Shown piece after piece: positions 1-10,654 of a stretch of 64,000 nt of DNA. Within the stretch, counting starts at the first letter, position 1, and the number at the start of each line of letters is the position of its first letter. The notes below the pieces were generated by a model, which worked only from the letters and a program-made list of their open reading frames with translations, did no database searches and was not told the DNA's origin. Both the position numbers and the translations under genes were made by a program. The DNA comes from Guillardia theta CCMP2712 (lineage: Eukaryota > Protista > Cryptophyta): NCBI RefSeq assembly GCF_000315625.1, contig NW_005434667.1, forward strand, positions 983,061 to 1,047,060. Reading direction: 5' to 3'.

Positions 1-19
1 CTCTTGATCTCGCCGCCAG

Positions 20-298
20 GATGTTGCAAAGCAAAGGGGGGGGTACGGAGAGGAACGTTACGAGAAAGAAGAGTTCCAAAAGAAGGTCTGCAATGTTGAA
101 TGATTCCATGCGAAAGAGATGAAAGGAGTTTAGGTGCGAACCTGCTTCGAAGCATTGATGTCACAAGAGCCTGCAATGTGGAGACGAGTGGATGCAAACA
201 AGACTATGGATGAGGTCACCGAAGAGATTGAAGGGATTGCCACAAAAATCGTTGACCAAGTGACCGACAAACCTATCGGCTCACTGTGGACGAAATGA
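20..298 (+). CDS. DTYMK: Thymidylate (dTMP) kinase, last two exons; 5' part lies outside the window
   Basis: Exons 20-85 and 134-298 (48-nt GT-AG intron) give DVAKQRGGYGEERYEKEEFQKK|VRTCFEALM...WRRVDANKTMDEV...KPIGSLWTK*, matching the eukaryotic dTMP kinase C-terminus (RGGxGxERYE lid, terminal LW). Confidence 0.85.
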
Positions 299-639
299 AT
301 TTAACCGTCGCAAACTGATGGAATGCACTGAAAATTCACGTCTTTTTATGCACAAATGCTGCTCGTTATTCCCTTCAGCAGCAGAACAACGCTCACAGGA
401 TTGCAATGACGAATTTTGTGCCGACTGCGTCGAAGAGACCATCGGTGTTTATCATTCGGATGCAGCCACCGTAAGTGTTCGTTTCGGCGAGTCTCATTTA
501 CTAATGGCTGGACGCTCTCCGTGCCCCTTCACACTGGGCGCCCCGATAAACCGTGACTCTGTGACTGCACAGCGACGCAATCAGCCGGGCAGCTGAGTTG
601 AAATTGAGCAGATCATGTGACAGATTATGCTTTGATCCA

Positions 640-960
640 TCGCTACCGGGCCTCAGGGCCTTCTTGGGCCAGTGCTACATACAAGTTCCTGATCAGGAAT
701 CGGACTCCGGGACACAATCCACCGTGGCACCGTAGGCCGGCGGGTTCACGGTTGGCCGGGCGGCGGGACGGTGTCCGACTCGCGCATCACTGAGTGATGA
801 TCAAACCGGGCCGGGCAGTGCCACTGAGTCCGAACTTTACTTGAACTTCACTGAGACTGAATGCCTGGGGACGTGACTGGGCCGAGAGGGAGATATGACC
901 ACCAGGGCCAGGCGGCTGAAAAATTGTCGGACGGTACGGAGTCCCTACCCGAGTTCAGTG
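640..960. repeat. GC-rich intergenic mosaic of short palindromic words
   Basis: Contains ttcctgatcaggaa, cggactccg, catcactgagtgatg and ccgggccggg; the same words recur at 10425-10540, 12650-13270 and 32740-32990. Confidence 0.5.
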
Positions 961-2001
961 AAAAAGCTAATTCAATGGTTGAAATTTGAACATGTCTGTG
1001 TCAATTTGAAATTTGACCACAACAATAACTTGAACCGGAATGCTAGATAATTTTTAGATTTTAAAAATTAAGTTGTACTTTTCAATTCTTACTGGAAATA
1101 ATATCTGAATTTTGAGTCCTAAAGCATTAACTGCAATTGAGATACCTACTAAAATAAAATCTCTATATATGATTTTACATGTGATATAGAAAATAAAATG
1201 TTTTTAGTATTCCCCGCTTTCATGCACTCGTAGTGCAGATGCTTATGATGTTTTCAAATAGTGGATTCGGCGGACACGTTTTCTCTGGTCCTCCTCCTTA
1301 CAATGGTCTTCGTCGCCATCACTCCTTTCATTGTCGCCCCATCTTGCTGTCCTCTACCCCAGCAGCTTCCCCCGTATGCTTCATCTTCTTTTCCTTCTCG
1401 TTCTCATGGCAAAGTACTTCCTTTTGCCCTGTATCTCCCAAATACGCCCCTCATCTGCTTACTCGCGTTTCGTCTCCTTTTTTACCTCCACACTACCATC
1501 AACTTCATCCATTTGTACTTCTATTCTGTATCCATGTATCTGTTCAAGACTGTATGAACTCCTTCTGCATGCTCATCACGAGCTCAATTCTCTCTCCGAT
1601 ATGTTTTGACTTTCATTTCTCTCACGGTCATCTTGTGCTCTATGAAAACTTCAAACTTTCATATCTCGGATTTCAGACAATTTCAATTAGGTTCTTGTCC
1701 CATCAATTTCCTTCCTTTTGATGATGTTGAGCCTACACAGCACTGTGGCATCTGTCACCCTTCATCTTGTTGATGTTGTCGGTAATGAATCACCCCATCA
1801 CTTTCTGTGCGATTATCATTCAAATCTTGTCTAAATTTGACACTCTAAAATTGACACTTCTTTATTGAAAAATATGTGAAGATAACCAGAAGAACAATTG
1901 ATGATAACTAGGTAGTCACTGACAAGTTGCTCGTGATTGGCAGGTTGCATGAAACAAGGTCCAAGTAAAGCGACAGCTTGAAACTGATTTTGTCTTAAAA
2001 C

Positions 2002-4117
2002 ATGCATCCGCTGCACGTCCCAGCACCGATTCCTGATGATGACGAAGACAGAGTTCACTTCCTCAACACCCTGAGGATTCTTGACACCGAGGCAGAGCAC
2101 TCGTTCGATCGGATAACAGAAGCCGCCTCGGTCATCTTCAAAGTACCCATCGCTCTTGTCAGTCTGGTGGACAGGGAACGTCAGTGGTTCAAGTCAGCTG
2201 TCGGTGTCGATGTTTGTCAGACCCATAGGGATGTTGCTTTCTGCGCCCATGCGATCCTGCCCAAAGAGCCAAAAGTATTCATTGTGAATGACACTTATGA
2301 AGATGAGAGGTTCAAGTACAGCGACCTTGTTCTCGGCGAGCCCTACATACGCTTCTACGCAGGGGCACCGTTAGTGCTGTACACGGATGACGGCATGTGG
2401 AAGCTGGGAACCATCTGCATCATCGACCAGAAGCCTCGGACGCTGCGAGATGACGAGGTTCTCCTGCTGGAGATGCTCGGGCGCTTGGTCGTGGCAGAGA
2501 TCGAACTGAGGGAGAAGCTAGCGAAGAAGCACAGAGAGAGGATCGATGAGGTGCATGAGGGAGCGCAAGTGTGGGCGAAGGAGATGAACACGGCTTACAT
2601 CGGACAAGTCGCTCACGACCTCCGCACTCCTCTCAATAGCTTCTACCTTGGCTTGCAAGCTCTTTCCAGCACTCCTTTGACTTCGGAGCAGAAGAGCCTC
2701 ATCGATACAATGGAGATCTCCGCAGAGCTGATGTCGTTGACCTGCACCAAAGCCATCGATCACACCAAGTCAACCATGGGGAAGGATCTGCATGCAGCCC
2801 GCGGGGCGTTCGACCTCGAGAAGATGCTCAGGAAGAGTGAGAAAGTTGTGCTGGGGTACACGCACCAGTCCATCGATGTCTCCTATGAGTTCGTAATCAA
2901 GGCGGGAGTGTACAAGAAGATCATCTCGGATGAGGATTGGGTGTGGCAGATGCTCATGAACTACCTTTGCAACGCTAGGAAGTTCACCACCCATGGGTAC
3001 ATCAGGACGACTGTTTCTCTCTCCAAGTCAAGGGAGGGGAAGAGCATGATCAGGTTCTCAGTGGCGGACACCGGTATCGGCGTCGACAAGGACAAGATGG
3101 ACCTCCTCTTCAAGCCCTTCGGGCAGCTGCAGGACTTCAGCGGAGGAACAGGCCTAGGTTTGTTCTCTGTGAGAGAGAAAGCGATCAAGTTGGGAGGAGC
3201 GTGTGGGGTTACGATGAACGAGCCCAAGGGGACGATTTTCTGGTTTGAAGTTCCTTACGTCCCGATTACCAACGACGACGATGGAGTGTGCTCGACAGCT
3301 CTCGCTGCTCTCACTTGCGACGTCAAGTGGAAGGCGCAGGACTCCCAGCTGAAGGTGAACAAGGAGGGGAGCAAGAAGATCGAAACGGTGCAGGCCGCAG
3401 AGATTCAGCAGGAGATCAAGGTTCAAATCAGCCTCCTTGCCCAACTTGGCTGATTTCTTACCTTCAGGCCAATGATGGAGAGCTACATGTCCTCGTAGTG
3501 GAGGACGACGTTCCCACACGGACGCTGATGGTTCACGGGCTCAAGAGGAAGGGCTACGTGGTACATCAGGCAGGCAATGGGGAGGAAGGGCTGGAGCAGA
3601 TGTACGCCTCCTGAACGCGATGACGTGAAAGCGTGACAAGGTCGCAGGCAGAGGAGAATGTTCCACATGGTCCTGTGCGACATCATGATGCCGGTCATCT
3701 TGCTCCCCCTCGTTCTTGTGCTGCTCACAGCCTGCTGGTTCAGGTGATGGACGGAGTGGAGTGTGTGAAGAGACTACGAGCGTGGGAGAGCACGCAGTCG
3801 AGAACGTCACAGGTGCAGAGCTATGAGGTGGTGTGCAGCTGACCACGAGCTGACTGAGTCGCATCAGTTCATCTGCGCTCTCTCTGCCAACACAGATGTT
3901 TCGGATGTCAATAAGTGCATGGGAGCTGGGATGAGCGACTTCTTCCCCAAGCCTGTCAAGATTCCGGTGAAGATTCGAGCCAGAGGAAGAGGGGAGGGGG
4001 GGGAATGGGGGAGAGAGGAAGAAAGAGGGTGGGCGGTCTGGAGAGAGGGAATAAATTGTGCTGACGTGCTCCCAGGCCCTCCTGAAGTTTCTTGAAGGCA
4101 AATTCATGAAGCTCTAG
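2002..4117 (+). CDS. Soluble hybrid sensor histidine kinase: GAF-HisKA-HATPase_c-receiver
   Basis: GAF (LDTEAEHSFDRIT...RQWFKS...FCAHAI...IRFYAGAPL), H-box AHDLRTPLN, N-box NYLCNARKFT, G1 DTGIG, G2 GTGLGL. Receiver rebuilt over five introns (3421-3467, 3602-3647, 3694-3743, 3813-3867, 3967-4075): VLVVEDD...VLCDIMMPVMDG...ALSAN...FFPKPV...FMKL*. Confidence 0.92.
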
Positions 4118-4275
4118 GCCTACATTTTAAAAAAGCTGAGGTGATACCAGTGACAGAGATTTGTAATTTGAAAAGGAGTCGATTTTCTACTCAAGCCTGT
4201 GCACAAAGAATAAATATAAGGTGCTCCTCCGAAGGAAGGAGCGTGACGGGAGGAGCAAAATTCTGGCTTCTCATA

Positions 4276-5437
4276 TCAGATTCCATCAACGGTGTGAGAT
4301 AAGTGTTGGTCGATCTTCGGCCAAACAGCTTCTCTCACAACTTTTCTCGCACATCTCTCCTCTTTCCAGACCTTCTTTGCGTCCTCCACAACTCCCGGCA
4401 AACACATGTTGAACTCGAAATCTAGCATGTACCCATCACAATCCTCGCCCTCGCCCTCGCCCTGTCTATCCCGGCACGCTTCTCTCACTGTTACCCTCAC
4501 GCAGACTCCCTTTCTCCTCGTTGAAAAACAAACTTGCATGCGACCACCCCCTGCGGCCTCCCCACCGGCCAGAGAAATACAGGTATCATACGCCAGTGCA
4601 CTTGACCTGCGCAAGTGCAGGATCGTCTTGTGCGCGTTCGTCTCTTGCGGCAGATCCTGACGATTAGGATGCTCTCCCTCCTCCTTGCCCTCTCCCTCCT
4701 CTTCGTTCCCCAAACTTCCGAAGAAACTGAACAGCTCCCTGCGGCTCCTGCTGGCACTTGCCGATGTTCCTTGCTCAATCAATGTAACCTCTTGGGAGTT
4801 GGAATGTAATGCCTCCACAGCATCCAAGTAGACCTGTACCGCAAACCCGTTAGAGATGAGAGTCCCGCCTGAAGGAACTGCCGGCTGTCATACCTTAGCA
4901 TTGGTGAGCGAGGATATCTTATCGTACGTCTGAAACAAGAATCAGGTCTGCTGTGTCCAGGAGACGACATGAACCAGCAAGAAAGATGTGTACACGTCTT
5001 CTCCAGCATCCAGCAACTCAGTCTTTCCCAAGAAAGCAAGCTTTAGTTTAGCTTGAGAAATCTGCAACGATGAATGAAAGTGATCAAAGGGGCTTCAATG
5101 AAACATCGGCGCAAGCACCTCTTTCTGAACGGACTCTGTCTTCTTTCTCACAGCAGAGAGGTCTTGTTGCAACTAGACACTTGCACGTCAGATAAAATTG
5201 CTCGAAATAAGATCTCTGACCTTCAATGATCTGGCAGAGAGCTCCTCGCGCCTTGCCTTCGCTTCCTGAACGAGTTTCAATGCTGGACCTCATTTCAAAT
5301 CGATCACCTCTACTTCATGAAGGAAACATGTGGCCTTAGACAGCATCATCTTCCTCCTGTCGCTAGATTCTGCTCTGTGATGAGAACTATCCTCCTTCTC
5401 CATTACTCGCTACGCCCTTCTGCCGCTTGCCCTGCAT
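4276..5437 (-). CDS. Hypothetical protein, N-terminal coiled coil plus small C-terminal domain, multi-exon
   Basis: Short GT-AG introns join MQGKRQKGVA..|EAKARREELSARSLK|LQQDLSAVRKKTESVQKE|ISQAKLKLAFLGKTELLDAGED|TYDKISSLTNAK|VYLDAVEALHS... to the 4276-4827 ORF. Confidence 0.55.
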
Positions 5438-5599
5438 TGGACCTCGAATGCAGTATTGCTTTTAGGAATTTTTGCTCAAAGACAAGTTTTGGGACAAAAA
5501 TCAAAAAACAAGTAGAACATCGAGCCCCCCTCAGATTCGGTAATCCAGGAATAGATCGGTGCCATGGCAGTGGGGGGAGGGAAAAGAGCATAAAGAACC

Positions 5600-6560
5600 A
5601 TGGCGCGGCAAATTCCCATCCTCAACTTCCAGCGAGGAGATTTCTGCTGCACTCTCTTTGCATCCCTCACCTTGTTTTGTGCTGCTTTCCTCCTTGCTGC
5701 ATGGCTCCCAGTCGAAACCTCCGACAGGTACACGATTGAATCTGTGTACATACAGCTAAATTGTTCTGCAGGGACTCTGCTGTGAATGTAGTGATTTTCA
5801 TCTCATCTTTGGGTAGTGCAGTACTGCTGATTTTCGCTTTTCTCAAGCTGATATGCGGGTATGGCGATGTTTGCACAGCGGATGAATACGAACAGGCCGA
5901 GGAGGAAATCAGCATCCTTACCCCAACAACGCCAAATAGATCAAGTTGGAATGACGAGGTGTTGTTTGCACAAGCAGTGCCAGAGGTGTTGCCAAAGCCT
6001 GAAGCACCTGCCAAGTCTGTGAACCCGGCGGTACCCGATCTGCAGTTCTTGTACCAGGCTGACGAGCTCGCTTCCATTCCGGGCTCTCGGGCTTCTGAGA
6101 AAGATTTCACTCGTAAGCATCGAACATGGGACATTCAAAGAGACGCATATGATATGACAGGAGATAGAAAGAGCATCAGAGACACCATAGTTGAGGCAGG
6201 TTTGGTTCTAGAACCCATCAAGCAATCCATCCAGATGAACGGTGAAGTGTTCCCTGCTGGAACTTTCTGCGTTTCGGACATCAAGAAAGGAAGTCCGTGT
6301 GAGGTGAGCGAAACATTTTGGCCCTATCTTTGAGATGACATGGGATTTCAATGCAGAGACAAGGCACGTGCCGGGTGGGGGATCTGGTCTTGAGTGTGAA
6401 CTCAAAGAGGCTGGTTGAGGGAACTCCTGTAGATGAAGTGCATCACCTGCTAGTGGGAAAAGTTGGAACCTCCATCTTGATCCAAATCTTCCCGAAAGAC
6501 AGCATGACTTATCTGACCAGACATGTCATCCTGTCTCAGAGTTCAAGCTTCAGTAGATGA
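5600..6560 (+). CDS. Protein with two N-terminal TM helices and a C-terminal PDZ domain
   Basis: Introns 5728-5771 and 6304-6356; two hydrophobic segments (TLFASLTLFCAAFLLAAWL; VNVVIFISSLGSAVLLIFAFL); PDZ pattern AGLVL...VSDIKKGSPCERQGTCRVGDLVLSVN...VHHLLVGKVGTSILI. Confidence 0.75.
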
Positions 6561-6711
6561 CTCACAGCGGCGGTGTGCGATCCGACTTGCCGTTCGCTGT
6601 GACAACTTGTCAGGGGAGTAGCATCGGCAACCACTGCCTAAGTTCGCAAGAGATCCTGGGGAGAGGCTCGGAGAGGCTGCTGTCATGTTTGTGAAAATAT
6701 ATATAAAGGTG

Positions 6712-6908
6712 TCAACACGGTCGTCCCCGGCCGTCAGGCAGTTTGATAATGCCACAGTGCCGCCCATCCAGGTCCACTTGATCGCGGACTCCCGGAGTCG
6801 TTACTGATCATGAGGAGTCTACTCTAATCCGATGAAAGTACAGAACCAGTTGCTGTCCTGGTTGCTGTCCAGCTGCAGGAGCTCTGCTGCCGACAGTTCT
6901 GCTGCCAT
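6712..6908 (-). CDS. Putative 52-aa microprotein, two exons, absent from the ORF track
   Basis: ATG at 6908, 38-nt GT-AG intron 6841-6804, TGA at 6714-6712, then an AT-rich 3' region: MAAELSAAELLQLDSNQDSNWFLTTPGVRDQVDLDGRHCGIIKLPDGRGRPC*. Confidence 0.45.
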
Positions 6909-6956
6909 CTTGAGAAGAATGCAGCAGGAATGCTGAGGAGGATCAGGTGGAGGATG

Positions 6957-6991
6957 TGGTCTGGGATCTGGTCTGGGATCTGGTCTGGGAT
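6957..6991 (+). repeat. Tandem repeat (TGGTCTGGGATC) x~3
   Basis: Seen directly, between the divergent microprotein and FKBP genes. Confidence 0.9.
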
Positions 6992-7169
6992 TCGGTAATT
7001 AAATGAGGGGGATGAGGGGGGCAGAGTAGGGATGATGTGGACAGAGGCGGCAAAGATGCGAACGATCGGGTAAGTGGCGGAGAAGGAGGAGGAGGGAGGA
7101 AGAGGAAAACCATGCAAGGGAACAGCGTGTGAGCAGAGTTGAAGGGCAGGTGGTTGTGTGTCAAGAGCA

Positions 7170-8244
7170 ATGGGCAACCCAGTGCTGGTCAATGAGATGT
7201 GCTCACTGAAAATTCCTCTTGTTGCCGCACTCTCCTGTTTCCCTGAAGTTGCCACCAGAAATTGCGTGGTGGAATGAGATCTGTTCTGATAAATTCGTTT
7301 CAGATTGCTCCCGTTGATTCTCACACTGCTCTGCCTTGGTAAAAACTCGATCGGCTTGTACCTCCGTGAGATCCTCTTGACGTAACCACAGCAGGTGCGA
7401 CTGAGTCGGCCGAGGATTCATGGATAGACATCAAAGGTTCGTCTACGTCCACGAAATTCCTCAAGTTTATCATGCTGTTATTGCAGGAGGAGACGGTGTG
7501 CAGTACATAGTCAAGGAGAAGGGAGACTGCAGCTCGTATGTCGTGCAAGACGACGACATCGTTTTCATCTCCCATGCTGGGTATCTTGTGGACACGAGAC
7601 AGCAGTTTGACGGGAACGGTGATGCGTTCTTGAAGGTGAAGATCGGACAAGGTCTGTCCATGACCTGACCAACGCTGACGAGAACGACTCTGACGATCGC
7701 TCATGAAACTGACTCTGATTCTAGGAAGCATAATCAAAGGGATGGAGACGGGCATTAAGGGGCAGTGTGTAGGAGAGACAAGGTGCAGAGGAGAGTGTTC
7801 ACTGTGGTGAGATGACAGTGGAACAGGATCGTGAGGATGCCTCCTCACACGGCCTTCGATGATCCCTTGAAGCGCTTCAAGTCTAAGCCGGTTCCCATCG
7901 GAAGCACAGGTTCCAACCTGACGGGCATGTTTCATGCCCTGAACGAGTGCAACGTCAGTTGAGTATCATATCACCGTCCACGGAGTCCAACGACCAGGTG
8001 CACCTCAGGACTCAGGACAGGACCTTTTCTTGCTCTGATGTTGATGGCAGGAACTCTGCACTACTACTGGGTCATCATGGTGGAACAAGGCGGAGTTCCC
8101 GGACTCATCTTTCTCCTCATCGTCCTCCTCGCCTGCTATGGGTGAGCATGTCCTCCTGTCTCCACACTCGTGTGCCTGATCTCTTGCAGCATCTACGACT
8201 CGTTCTCGAAATCCTCGCGCAAGACCAAGTCCAAGAGGCGTTGA
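7170..8244 (+). CDS. FKBP-type PPIase-fold membrane protein (FKBP11-like): signal peptide, FKBP domain, TM helix, basic tail; start uncertain
   Basis: Spliced: LLPLILTLLCL|AGATESAEDSWIDIK|GGDGVQYIVKEKGD...DIVFISHAGYL...QFDGN...KIGQ|GSIIKGMETGIKGQCVGETR|IVRMPPHTAF...|VEYHITVHGV...|...VPGLIFLLIVLLACYG|IYDSFSKSSRKTKSKRR*. Confidence 0.8.
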
Positions 8245-8477
8245 GCGACGAGCAAGTTTGAGTGAAGATCTTTCGGTGTAAGGTATATGGAATTCTCGCA
8301 GCATTTACCGAAAACCTAGATTGTAAGTTGGGAACCTAACTTATTGCAAAAATGTTACAGAAAAAATGCATTTCTCCTTAAAAATGTGATTGAGATTTTA
8401 AAAAGGGCTCGACCACTTTGAAGTTTCCATGGAGAAATATGGTTGTGACACTCATTTCGATCTACTATGTACATTCT

Positions 8478-9512
8478 TCAACAGTTGCATATCAGGGTGG
8501 CCTGTACCAAAGGTGTGTGAGGGTTCGGAAAGCACGCCTCACTAAGGAACACACCGTCTGCCCACATGCCCTTGTACCCATCGCCGTTGACTTTGACAAG
8601 TTCGCCCTGTCAAACCTCTGAGTTCCCTGTAGATCTTTCCCCTTTCACTTTATTTACCTTGCCGTGCCTCTTCCCGTTTTGCCATTGACCAACGTACTTG
8701 TCTCCGTTCTTCCACAGAAACTTACCCTGACCATGTTGTTTCCCGCCCTAAAGGGTATCATGGCCATCAAGAGTGAAGTAGGTTTATCTCACCCTATACT
8801 CTCCGACATAGCGATCCCCATTGGCATACAGGAAACTTCCTTTGCCGTGATTGACCTGTACAATGTTGGAACAGTCAAGATATTGCTGTGGGACAATTAA
8901 AACCATTACCCCATGGAACCATTCGCCTTCGTACTGTCTGCCGTCTGCATAAATCAACTTTCCTTTGCCATGATATTTTCCATCTTTCCATTCGCCCTGG
9001 GAGAAACCAAAACAAATGAGAAAGCAAGCTCCCCCTGCTTATCTTGGTCAACCTCGTATTTGTTGCCGCTGGGAAAGGTTTTCACAGCAAAACCGTCTGA
9101 CGACTACAAGATGTCAGACATTTGAACGATTCAGTATCAACTACTCACTTGGCAATCTTCTCGCCTTGGATTAGGATTTTCTTTCCACCTCCCAGTCAAA
9201 GGATCGAAAACTCTACCCCTGCCATCATCACTGGTCAGCATCTGTAGAAGAATTGCAGGATTCTGATTACTTCAAAGAATTCGATCTGGCAAGAGCTGCC
9301 TGGTAGCTGTCATCGTCTGATTGCTTTTTAATCTGATCATAGATGTTTTTGCTCGAAGAATTTTGATTTGGCTGTGAATTTCGTCACCAAGTAAACACAA
9401 TCGAGTATGCATTACCTTGGACGAATTTGATGATGTCGAGCCCTGCAGACGACCATCATGAGGCATCGCATGGAGGAAACATTACCGACGCTTTGCTGCT
9501 CTCAGTTCCCAT
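8478..9512 (-). CDS. MORN-repeat protein with putative N-myristoylation site
   Basis: MORN units across introns: GEWKDGKYHGKGKLIYADGRQYEGEW, NHGKGSFLYANGDRYVGEY, KQHGQGKFLWKNGDKYVGQWQNGKRHG. Starts MGTESSKAS and ends ICNC*. Confidence 0.8.
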
Positions 9513-10654
9513 TGTTGAACGAGGTTGCCGCGCTTAGGGGAGTCACAAGCTTGCAGTTTCGTCCACAGGAAAAGAGGAGTAAACAAACAATTAATGTGGG
9601 TGGACCTGATCGCTTTGTTTGAGCCAAGTACTCAACCGAAGTATTGGGAGATGAAAGACTTTGTTGTCGTCAAATCAATGTGCGCTTCTGGCCTCGTATT
9701 GTGTATATCTCTACTCGCCTTTCCTTCTCTCCCGCTACAGGCTCATTGAGACTCTTGTGTGCGGTACCCTTGTTGTGCCGCTTTTTACGTGGATAGAGAG
9801 GACCTATCAGTATGTTATATATAAAACCCACAGGCATTGTAAAAATGAACGTCAAAATCCATAAATGTTCTTCCAAAGTGCTACAGCGAAATCAAAAAAT
9901 TATGCGAAAGGTCTATAATTGCATCATAAGGAGAGTCGCATGCTTTGTTGCTCCTATTTCAACCACAGGACCCTCCAAAAAAGGAAGCAAGATGATTCCG
10001 TTCCGAGTGACAGCCTACTGAGTAGTGACTTTGCTTCAGGTTAAGAGTCTCTCGGCCCTAATTGTCTGCTGGTATCGCTATCTTTGAGTAGGCAGAAGGT
10101 AGAATCTAGGCTAGGCCTTTGAAGGCTTCACTTCCAAGTGGAGTCATAGTTTCGTTTTTCAGTGGGCGTCAAGTTCCGAACTGAATTTCAAAAACCAGTT
10201 GAGATGCCTACCAGTCAGTTTCGACTCTGAGGCCAACAGTACCGCTCCGATGCCCTGCCGCAGTGCTGCTCTACTAGTGACTACAGCATGTGTCTGTCCT
10301 CACCGACGCCTATGACAGCTGCTGTCAAAGTTTGCCCCTGACCCAGCGCTTGGCTAGACCCCTGCAAAGTGGTAAAAATGACCCCTACTAAAAATCACTG
10401 CCTCCAGGCAGGCTACACCAGATCGACTACCGTACGGTCGCAGTGCTGCAGTGCCACGTGCAGGCCCGCCGGGCCCCGGGTCCGGTCGGTCGGTCGGAGG
10501 TCGCAGTGCCGGGCCGCGACGGTCCGACAAGCCTGCACGCTTTAGTCACTTCTTTACTCAAAAGTAATAGCCTGTTCCGGCGACAAAGTTTATTGACTCA
10601 TATTATACTATAATATGATGGCGAGGAGTCTGTCAGGCCGCACGGTTCAATCCT

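Noticed and set aside
318-1721. Short + strand ORFs (318-596, 1233-1721, 1261-1557, 1331-1609)
   Set aside because: No motifs; mostly non-ATG starts; explained by pyrimidine skew.
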